A stretch of 64,000 nt of DNA, from assembly GCA_964035545.1 (NCBI GenBank), contig OZ037771.1:8425408-8489407 (forward strand), read 5' to 3'. Both the position numbers and the translations under genes were made by a program. The notes beneath the pieces were generated by a model. That model was not told the DNA's origin, did no database searches, and saw only the letters and a list, made by a program, of their open reading frames with translations. Origin of the DNA: Bugula neritina (taxonomy: Eukaryota; Animalia; Bryozoa). Shown in pieces: positions 1 to 12,200 of this stretch (positions are counted from its first letter, which is position 1; every line of letters starts with the position of its first letter).

Positions 1-221
1 GGAGCCTACATTCTTTGCTTACTGTAAGTCAGCATTACTGGTATGTTACTGCACGTTATATGATAATACAATATACAATAGTATAGCAGGCTAGCAATAT
101 ACTTTGTTACCCATAATATGTAATATAGTTGAATAGTAATATACATATTACATAATATGACATGGTAAACTAGTAATATATGATAATATAATAGCAAGCT
201 AAAAACATATTGTGTTTGCAG

Positions 222-3200
222 GCACGAACGCAAAGTATATCAATACAGAGTGCTGACAGATAAAAACAAGAAGCTTTTTATTGAGGTAAGAGGATATAAC
301 TACCAATAGATATTCTATAAGTACCAAAATTATTATAGCTGTAGTGATAAACCTAATTGTCTTGCCTTAGTATGATTGTATATTAGCTGACTTGAGTACA
401 AAGTTACCTGGTGGCAGTGGGTACACCTATTACGTGTCAGTTTGTTAACCTTGCAGTTGGCTGCTCTAGCTCTTGCTGCTGTATAATATTTTTTAGTCAG
501 TAACGAACCGTTCGGCTCGCCAGATGAGCACCCTGAATGAACTGGTGGAGTTTTACCTCTCCAAAGGCATTAGCAACGGCTTGAAAACGTCCTTGGTTAG
601 GGGGGTGCGACGAGAAGGGATGGAGTTATCTGACAGTGATGACACAGGTGTGTGTTACTCTGTATTGTACTGTATCATACATATTACATAGTGTGTACTA
701 TATTGTATAATACATATTACATAGTATGCACTATATCGTATAATACATATTACATAGTATGCACTATATCGTATAATACATATTACATAGTATGCACTAT
801 ATCGTATAATACATATTACATAGTATGTATTATATCGTATAATACATATTGCATAGTGTGTACTATATTATATATTACATATTACATAGTGTGCACTATA
901 TTTTACCATAGGTATTACATAGTGTGTATAGATAATAGAGAGAACAAATATTCCTCCTAATGCAATCACTACCTGGTCTATTTATCACAGAAAGGATGTG
1001 AACAAGGGTTATCCAGACATACCTTATATAATATCATTCTAATGCCTGGTTCACTAATGATACTTTTTATTCATTCTATTTATTATCTCTGTTGGTGTGA
1101 AAGCTATTGAAACCCTTTTGATGTTTCACATAAATAATTATTGTCTGATTCACTCCATGGTTACTTTATTCTATTCTTCAATATAGCACTTGATTTACTA
1201 CAGGGTAGCATCTCAACTTAATGACTGTTTAACATTTCCCGTATGTTCTGCGAGTCTGCGTAAATGGCTGCAATCATCAGACAGACAGACAGACACCAAT
1301 CTTCGACAAGATATTTTCTTCTATTTTGCAGAAGATGACGAAGCCTATGTGGACACAAAATATATATTCGGATCAGAAAAGGACCAACCAGATTTCATCA
1401 TGTCCACCGCCCACCAGTCCCGACAAAAGAGTGTTCATATATACTCGGAGCCAACCATTGACCAGGCGGCTCCTTTGAGTCGTTCTCCTCACCTTCAGCT
1501 CATTCGTACTTATCACGATCAGCTGGCTCAAGCTGATAGGTCCAGGTAAGTCACCATTTATTCTCAACTACTGCATTTTGTGTTATAGTACAAGCTGATA
1601 GGTCCAGGTAAGTCACCATTTATTCTCAACTACTGCATTTTGTGTTATAGTACATAGCGTCATCTTCCCAGTCTTCATGTTAGCTGTTTTACGACTTTAG
1701 ATCAGTTTATAATGGTTGTCATACGAGTTGTATTCATAGGAAGTCTGACTCATTCCACATCTGGTTAGTTGCTGGTTTAAATTATGTTGTACTGTGTTTA
1801 ATATGGAAATTAAAGATTTGGGAAGGTTTGCTGCACTTGAACTTTGTTTTACGTAGCTTATTACTGTTCTAGTTTGAAACATACATATCTATTTTTAGCT
1901 CGTTGCTAGATTACTACATAGTTTCTATAAGCCTGGTAAATCTTTGGTTTGAAAGTTTATGCTGTCCGTAATTTTGCAGTAAAATTGTTTTCAATGCTGT
2001 GAGTTTGAGAGAAATGAAAGCAAGTGTTGCGTGCTTGCTAACTCTAGTGCGTGCAGGTAACACATTTGATGTAGACTGTTGTATTTGTGTGTGTGGATAT
2101 AAACTTGGTGCTAGCTGGTTTGGTGCTATAGTATGGTACTGCAGTGTGTTGCGTTGCTCTTCTACAGGGTGAGTCCCGAGTTTGTGCGGAGAGTACAAAA
2201 CTACATAGACCGAGATCTCTTAACGGATGTTACAGACATATCTAAAGGGGAGTCCAAGCTCTCCTCCAACCACATTCCTAAATTGAAATCTCTTGTTGTT
2301 GAAGAGTCTGCATCATTGCAAAGGCTAGTACTGGTTGTTCTGCTTATTTTTATATCAAATATTAAGAGATGACATCCTTGTGAGAAGTAGAATTTAGCTA
2401 AGTTATGTTAAAAGTTGTTTGTACAGTATTAGACATTTAACAATTTATATCAGATTTCTTATTTATCTAATAAATTTAAAGTATGCTGTAGAAGTTTACT
2501 AAGCTCTTGTCTTGAACAAAGTTGTGGGTTTTCTACATGAAAAAGACGTTGTTGGCCTTATTCTTTTTCTGCCAAATGGAACAGCTGGTTTCTATCAATT
2601 GCTGTACAGGCTTCATCAGAGATACAAATATATACTATCCGTGCAAAATTCAATCTATTCGAATTATTTTGAGGACAAGAATTTTTTGTTTTTCAAGAAT
2701 GAAATGGAAGCAAGTGTTGTATGTCTGAATACATATATAGGAAGTAGGTACACACGCATATGTTCATTAGTTTCTTATTGTTTTGGTCTGTAGGCAGTTG
2801 ATGGACTTTCAAGAGAAAGTAACTTTGCTCCGAGAGGTTTTGGCGAAACCTGGGGCAGATGTAAAGCAAAAGGTGTATATCCTGATTTTGTTACCATAAT
2901 TTCCTCCTTGTTACCAGTGCTGTAGAATACTTCATATGCTGAGCACCCTGTGTTGCTCCTCTCTAACCATCTCACGTTCTCTGTAACAGGCAAAAGTGGA
3001 TAGTAAAAGTCAGTTCAGCAATCTGATTGGTCAACTTTCTCAAATGAAGCAGGAGATCTGTACTTTGGAGATGGAGGCAGTAAGCTCATACACAGAAGCT
3101 GTTGTAAGAAAGAGTAAAGAGTGTGCAGCTGCTGGAAGTCATGCTGAAATCCCACCCACCACGTTCAAAGTGAGTTCTTCACTGAGTTTTGCTCTGAATA

Positions 3201-6200
3201 TTTTCTGGGAGTATAAAACAGATATGAAGTACATTATAGGCAATAAAAACCGGTGCTGATTAGCTTTGTTATGTAATAGCCAAAGTAAGAGCATCACAAA
3301 GTAATGGTGACCCAGACTATTATTTTCTTGGCACAAAATATACATGTATTTTATATGCATCTCCTTCTCTTCCCTGCTGTGTATGTCACGTGATACACAC
3401 ACATGTATGTCACATGGTACACATACATGTATGTCACATGGTACACACACATGTATGTCACATGATACACACACATGTATGTCACATGATACACACACAT
3501 GTATGTCACATGGTACACATGTATGTCACATGATACACCCACATGTATGTCACATGATACACACACATGTATGTCACATGATACACACATACATGTATGT
3601 CACATGGTACACATACATGTATGTCACATGGTACACACACATGTATGTCACATGGTACACACACATGTATGTCACATGATACACACACATGTATGTCACA
3701 TGATACACATACATGTATGTCACATGGTACACACACATGTATGTCACATGATGCACACACATGTATGTCACATGGTACACACACATGTATGTCACATGAT
3801 ACACACATGTATGTCACATGATACACATACATGTATGTCACATGGTACACACACATGTATGTCACATGATACACACACATGTATGTCACATGATACACAC
3901 ACATGTATGTCACATGATACACACACATGTATGTCACGTGATACACACACACATGTATGTCACATGGTACACACACCTGTATATCACATGATACACATAC
4001 ATGTATGTCACATGGTACACACACATGTATGTCACATGGTACACACACATGTATGTCACATGGTACACATGTATGTCACATGGTACACATGTATGTCACA
4101 TGATACACCCACATGTATGTCACATGATACACACACACATGTATGTCACATGATACACACACATGTATGTCACATGATACACACACATGTATGTCATATG
4201 GTACACACACCTGTAGATCACATGATACACATACATGTATGTCACATGATACACACACATGTATGTCACATGATACACAGCTGTGACTGTGCTGCAGGTT
4301 ACATCTGCAGTTAAAGCGTTGCTGAGTGGACCATCCAATTTATCACTTATAGTAGACGTAAATAAAGGTTTTCTGCACATTATCAAGGACTCTTCTCAAT
4401 CAGCTGAAGTTGGAAATAAATTTTCTTCTGAAAAAAGTAAGGAACAGCAAATCCTTTTTTTATTTTTGGTGTATCTGGTTTAATTAGCACACCTAATAGT
4501 GGTTCATATATAATAGCAGTTTATGTTTATGCCTGATATTAATTTCTTGGATGCATTCTTTGATCATATCAAACTGTTGACCATGTTACCAAAAGGGAGG
4601 AAAGTTTAGCTACTTGAGATACATGCGCACACACACCCACACGCACAAAACACACACACACACACACACACACACATCTGTAGTTAAATGCCCCGTATTT
4701 TGCTAGTTTTACAGATTATCAAATCCACTACTAACTCTTGTCTCTTGGAGCTGCTGATAGAAGGTCGCAAGAAAGATGCCTTCTGCTTTGAGAACATCAG
4801 GGAGAGAGAGCATTTCTGTCAGTTGGTGCAGCAGTTGAAGAAAGTTCACAACAAGGAGGTGGATGTTGATAGCATATCAATATTCTGTGGAACCTGGAAT
4901 ATGGGTGAGTTTGTCTGTCTGTCTGTCTGTCCACTGCCTGTGTCATGTGCGGGTGGTGAGTTTCTGCGTGAGTGATCCTCAGTTCTATCAAACTTATCTA
5001 TCTCTCCTTGTCTCCTGTTATATTGGTTATGGTTAAAAGTGAAAGGCAAAACTTACATATAACAACATCATCATTATGATAAGGCTCTATGGCGCAATAG
5101 TGCTGCAGTTAGTTGAGGCAATGTGTCTGTAGCAATGAGACTGAGTTATTTAATGTCGACCTATTTGGTGTCACACCATATTTGTTTTGGTCTTCCTCTA
5201 GCTTATTTCCCTTCCGTTCTCTTTTCTGATATTATTCTAATGTCCTCTTTGCTTTCTTTTATGTCTAACATCACCATACCACTCTATTCTCTTTCTCATT
5301 AGATCTTTTATTAGCATCACTCCAGCCTTCTGCTCTGGTATTCTTACCTTTGTTATAGCTTATTCACAGGCAGTACCTTGACATTCACATCTCACAAGAA
5401 GTCCTCTTGTTAGCCAGATGTCCTGTGATCAGCCGTGTCCGTTTCCATACAAAATAACAGGTTTTATTACCATTATGTTATAGCTTAGTAGGCATCTTTT
5501 TTTCACATAGTACCTCAGTCTTTTTCTATTTGTTCCACACTCAAAACATTTTCACTTCTATCTCTTTACCACAACCTCCATCTTGGTAGATTGAGAAGTT
5601 CTGATGGCTTTGCAGTTTTTTAATTTATTTAAACTTTCCCTCCTAATCTTCATGTAGTCAGTCACTTACTATATTATACTATATCCTATATACTTTTACT
5701 ATAATTATTATACTATAGTTACTACACAAACTGTAAATTCTATATACTTGTACTATATATGCTATGCATACTATACTATGCATATTATACTGTCCATGTC
5801 GTACATACTATACTTACCATACATACTCTAATACTGTACCTACCATACATTGAGGCGTTTTCTCTCCTTTTTTTGTAAAACAACAGGTTATTTATGACAT
5901 GCAATTTGCATTTTAATGCTAACTAGTTCTCCAGTTTGAACTAATGCATTATAAATTGTTTTAAGCAGCTACTTCAGTATGTACACCTATGTACAAGTGA
6001 GTAGTTTTATCGTCAAGTAGTTATCCACCCCCTTGTGTAGAGAATGCAACTACTTTCTTTCAGTTACTCCTGTCTACTACAATCTTAGTTTATACCTTTT
6101 TTGGTTCATTATTGCCCATGCGTTAAATACACATTATATTGTATTAACTATATTGTAATATTATTCTTATTATGTTATATTTTGTATAATTGCTGATACA

Positions 6201-9200
6201 GCAACATATCAACTCAACAGCTTTTAGTTATGAGATGCCTGCATGATTGGAATGTTATCAATTGTTTATTTTATGTTGTAAAAACTATTTTTATTTTTAT
6301 CGATTAACATGATTCTATTGTTTTTATTTTTATCGATTGATGATATCCATTTATTGGTTCTTGATTTTGTTATTAGTTTATAACTGTTATGTTTCAAATA
6401 GGTAAAAAAATAGCACTAAGATTTCTCTACAAATAGCACTTTAAAAGCAGCAAGGTGAATGATTTTTCACTTCATAAGTATTTTAATTTTTGATTTTGAA
6501 GGTAATGAATTGCCACCACAACTTGGCCTTCAACCCTGGCTGAAATCTCAGGGGTCAGGCAAGACAAGGGTAACATCGTTAGCCCCAGAGCCTCATGATC
6601 TCTACGCTATCGGTACACAGGAAGCTAAAGTTAGCGAGAGAGATTGGGTTAACAGAGTGAAGCGACTTTTACACAATCAGTTCAACGTCCTTTTCCACCT
6701 GGTTAGTGCCATTTTATGCGTATTTATTTTTTGCTTTTCTTTATAGAATTATTTCTGAAAAAAAACAATAGGTTTTAAGTTTTGTTAAAACTAAAGGTAA
6801 TCAAGCTTGGTGGGTTTTTTGAGCCTCTGACTCCAATTTCTTGGAACTTAAGCTAACAGCTGGTAAAAAATGCACAGCTGTAGTTCTTAGACTGTTTTTG
6901 TAAGGATTGTTAGCTGCCCTAACGTGATATTGTGTCTGTAAATAATCAGTTTGAGTGGAGCAGCACTCAAGTCAGTATATAATGCTGCTACATTGTAAAG
7001 TTACAAATAACTTGACCCAAACAATTATAATATTTGACAATTAAAAACCATAATCGCTTTAAAGTAAAAGACTATATCAAAGCATGGCTGGGTTGCATGT
7101 CATTGTACTCCCTTGTTAGTAGCTGCCCAATCATTAACTAGGTTCTTAGAGTTTAGGTCATGGCTTTTATAAGGAATGAGACTTTCTTACTTTTTAAGTT
7201 ATGAGAACTAATTAGTTTTATAAATGATTAGTCATATATATATATATATATATAACATCAACCTCCTGCTATTTTGATATTGTGATAAACAAAATGAAGA
7301 AGTAATAGCAAAAGGATGTAGAGTTGCTAATTTAACCTATTGAAAAACAATAGATTGAATTCCTGAGTTACTGTATTGAACAATACACTAGCTGTCAGGG
7401 CAGACAGTGTAGTGCAGGTGCTATTGGTAGGTGGACGTATGCACACTCTGGCAGATTCGACTGGTAGTGTTTGTTAAACCTGAACATAAAAACAGAGTGA
7501 GTGCCGTGCAGAATGCTGTTGTTCGTACCGGCATCGCTAATGCTCTGGGTAAGTCCTCCTTGATGTGTTTTCATGTGTCAGATTTAATACAAAGCAAATC
7601 CTCATTTTTACATAGTCAAGAATAATTAAATTGATGGAGTCAAGCAAAATTTCACTGTGCCGGTCCGGTACATTGAATTTGACCATACTAAGTTAAATGT
7701 CGCGCAAAATTGCCAGATTTTCAAGTATCTACATAATTGTGTATGTCGATGTACAGTGCTCCCTCCGTATCTCACCAAGCTGCAGGTCTCGAAACCCTAA
7801 CATTTCATGACGCAGTAGAATACCAGATTTAACTCACAGATCCATTAAATTCAGCCATTTGTCTCTATACACGCATATATAAGCTGCAACATGTGGTCCA
7901 AGCCCTTCTCGTGACCTATGCAATTTCTTGAGAGCTGGATCCGTGAGATATGGAGGGAGCACTGTATTTGCATGCCAATCAGTCCAACAAGTTATTAGTT
8001 GAAGCCACTTGTTGCTACATAAGTCACTCTGATTACCGTACACCCTACATGTGTATCTCCTATATGGTGTGCATCTGTACATAGGGTGACCAAGTATATG
8101 CACCACTTACTGTAAGTGGTGCATATACTTGGTCACCCTATGTACAGATGCACATCATATAGGAGATACACATGTAGGGTGTACAGTAATCAGAGTGACT
8201 TATGTAGCAAAAAGTGGTTCCAACTAATAACTTGTTGGACTAATTGGCATGCAAATACAGTGCTCCCTCCATATCTCACGGAGTGTATATACACAGTGGT
8301 GTATATACTTGGGCACGTGCATACACAAAGTGTCAATGTATATAACCTACTTGCTATACAGTAGATATGCATACATGAAGTGTGCCTTAGCCACATGAAC
8401 AATACACTCAATTTCCACGTACCATGTTACAGGGAACAAAGGTGCTGCCACTATATCACTCAGCTTTGATGGCACCTCTCTCTGCTTCATGTGCTGCCAT
8501 TTAGCTGCCAACAGAGAACGTGTGGCCAGGTGTGTGTCTACTTGAAGAGGGCGTCAGTCTGGTTTGATTTGTATTTCATGTGATAAATACCAATACCTGT
8601 ATTGCTATGCTTCGCTGGTGTATTTCTCATAACTGCATGCCAGTACATATATATCATTTTGACATTGACATAGCCCTGTTCTCTTGTGTAGGAGGAATCA
8701 GAACTCAAGGGACATAGTCAAGAACCTCTCCAACTCTATTGGTAACAAAAACTTTGCTGATTTTGATGTCTCCAACCAGTTCAACCATGTGTTTTTCTTT
8801 GGTGATCTGAACTATAGAGTTGATGGAGAAATCAAGGTAACACGGTAGAGCCTGTTGTATAATGACCAATCCCAACTGGTTCTGTATATTTTGTGGTTGT
8901 ATACTCTTTGTTGAAATGTTTTGGGGAGGTAATTCCATTCTTTGGTAAAACAGGAAGTGCTGGAGATGGCAAGCAAGGAGCAGTATACAGAAATGTTGAA
9001 GTTGGATCAGTTGATCAACACTATCAATGAAAGGACGGCTTTCTATGGATACAGTAAGTCTTTGAGTTTACGCTCCTGTGTAATGCCATAAGCATTTATA
9101 TTAGAAGTAAACCTACCTAACTGTAAACAGTGCGGCTTATGAGTTGTCTGTCCAATACGTGACAGATTTCTCTGAGTCATTCCATCTTACCTGCTGTACC

Positions 9201-12200
9201 CATGTTAATATAATATTATAGAGTTGAATCAGATCACAAAAATTTTTTATTCTACACAATGTATCTTTAGTTTATGAAACTCTCAAAGCTGGCTGAAACC
9301 TCATTGCTTGTCATAGTATAAAATAATCACAGTCAGCTCTTCATGGAAACTTTAAGCATTTCTGTCAACATGTTGAAGTTGCTTCCTTTTTAATGAGCAG
9401 AAGTGAAGCTGCATAGCCTGTGTGTATAGTACAATTGTAATACTTTAGATGAGGAGGTGATCACATTCCCACCCACCTACAGGTACAGGAAACACGACTC
9501 TACCAACCAGTTCAACTGGAGGAAAGTGAAGAAATCAGGGGTTTGTTATTTTTGGTGCATTTATTTGAGCAAAACCTCATTAACATGTTTACTAAGGCAG
9601 ACATCTAAGGGTATTTCAGATATGAAGAGCTTGTTGAAAGGGAAATGGGAACACAGTCTGTGTTTGCTATTCTATGGCCAGCACACTGCAGTTTAAACAA
9701 GCTATGTTCATATTGTGTGAGTGAAACGATAAGAAACGGTAGCCATGCTATGTGCGTGCGGTAATGCTGCAAAGTTTGTAGGCATTTCATATGTGCTTAA
9801 TCCTTAAAGTAAAATATGCCATTTAACAAATAATACATATTTAGATAAAGATAAATGCACCATCTTGGTGTGACAGGGTCCTGTGGAAGTCTCTTCCAAA
9901 CTCTGCTATTACCAACACGTCATATGGTGAGTGATATCTCATGTAATATATATAGCATGTAACATATACCCTATGCAATATATATCCTATGTAATATATA
10001 TCCTATGTAATATATATCCTATGTAATATATATTCTATGTGTTATATATTCTATGTAATATATATCCTATGTAATATATATTCTATGTGTTATATATTCT
10101 ATGTAATATATATCCTATGTAATATATATCCTATGTATGATATATCCTATGTATGATATATCATATGTATTATATATCATATGTATTATATGTCCTATGT
10201 ATTATATATCCTATGTAATATATATTCCATGTTAAGTGTAAGACATCTAGTTGACTTTTTTCTAAGTTTTTAGATCAATGAATTGTAAAATCCACAACCT
10301 ACGGGTATAATAAGCATTTATTTGATTCATTTGTATTTTTAAACTTGTTCAAGTTTTAAAGTTTCTGCAATAAAAGCAGAATGATGCTATTTTGGTTGAC
10401 ATTGAATAACAATTTACTACTATGTATGCACAGTTTCTGCATAGTGTCTACATGGTGTCTGTTTACAAACATGCACTCATCTGTTTCATCTGTCAGGCGT
10501 CGTTCAGGACATCACCACAAGTGACCACAAGCCTGTCTTCTCATCTTTCACAGTAGGAATACTACCACAAAACATATCACGAAATGTCCATTCTATCACA
10601 ACTCCTATTGTTATTACTCTTTACGACATATCTTGTGAGGTTAGTGGTACACCTCGCATGCAGTGTGTTTCTATATTTATTGTCAAAAATTGTCTTTTAG
10701 AATTTAATAAAAGCCTCTAGTTGACTAAACTTTGGTCGCAAATAATGTAATAGCTGGTTACTTTGTTTAAAATAGTCTTACTCTTGGGTATCAGCAGATG
10801 CTAGATTTAAACTAAAAGTTTAACTTAGCTTTTCAAACACATTGTTTGCTGCTTTGAGCGATTGTATAACTTGGCTTACACTTTATTTAGAAAATGTTTG
10901 AAGAGACAAGTGAAAAAATGCCTGATTACTGTGTGACAGTGATGAGCTCCTGTATAGAAGGTTGGTTATTATAAAAATTATAGATGTGTTGTAGAGTTGT
11001 CCTTCCTATTCTCTTTCATGTTTATTGGTTGACTTTTTTATTCCTCCTATAGTTTGTCATGAAAGTGAGCCTTCTGCTTTTCATTCTCGTTCTGATGGAA
11101 ATGAAGCTATAAAATGGAGTAGCAGATTTGAGGTGAGCATGACTGGTGATACAATAGTTTCTATCTGGTAGTATTATGACATTATACAGTAGTTACTATC
11201 TGGTAGTATTATGACATCATACAGTAGTTTCTATTTGGTAGTATTATGACATCATACAGTAGTTTCTATCTGGTAATATTATGACATCATACAATAGTTT
11301 CTATCTGGTAATATTATGACATCACACAGTAGTTTCTATCTGGTAGTATTATGACATTATACAGTAGTTACTATCCGGTAGTATTATGACATTATACAAT
11401 AGTTTCGGTAATACTATGATATCATACAGTAGTTTCTATCTAGTAGTACTATGACATCATACAATAGTTTCTATCTGGTAATATTATGATATCATACAAT
11501 AGTTTCTATCTAGTAGTACTATGGTATCACTCAATAGTTTCTATCTAGTAGTACTATGACATCACACAATAGTTTCTATCTGGTAATATTATGACATCAT
11601 ACAGTAGTTTCTATCCGGTAGTATTATGACATCACACAGTAGTTACTATCTAGTAGTATTATTTAATATCTAAAATCTGAACTTTTCAGAGCTAAAAATA
11701 TATTTCATAAGTTCCAAATAATAATTTACTCAGTTTATAAAATTTACATGTTACTTGAAGGTCTTTCTCTACTTTGGACTTGTATGCATTAGATGGTTGA
11801 ACTTTGCTTACTCCGCATTCTGTAAATGTATGTGTATCAGAATACTCTGTATGATATAATAGTTAGTGGCCAAATTATCTGGTAAACTCTCTTGTTTTTG
11901 GTTCTCAATTATAAGATATATTGAATAATCCTAAACTCCTTCAATTTAATTTTTATTTTTGGCTTTAATACTCAACTGTAGTTTTATGTTACTACTATAT
12001 AGTTTATATATTTTCTGAGATACTGAACGTATATCTGTTTGTATTCAAGTTGAAGCCCTCGTTCAGTGACGCCAGCTACTTACAGACCCAGCACGTTCTC
12101 TTAGCTGTCAAAACATTCCCAGATGGCATGGTGATTGGTGACTCAGCAGTTTCCTTGTTTGAAGTTTTCCAGAGCAGAAATGAGTGCAGCTTTGAGTGTG

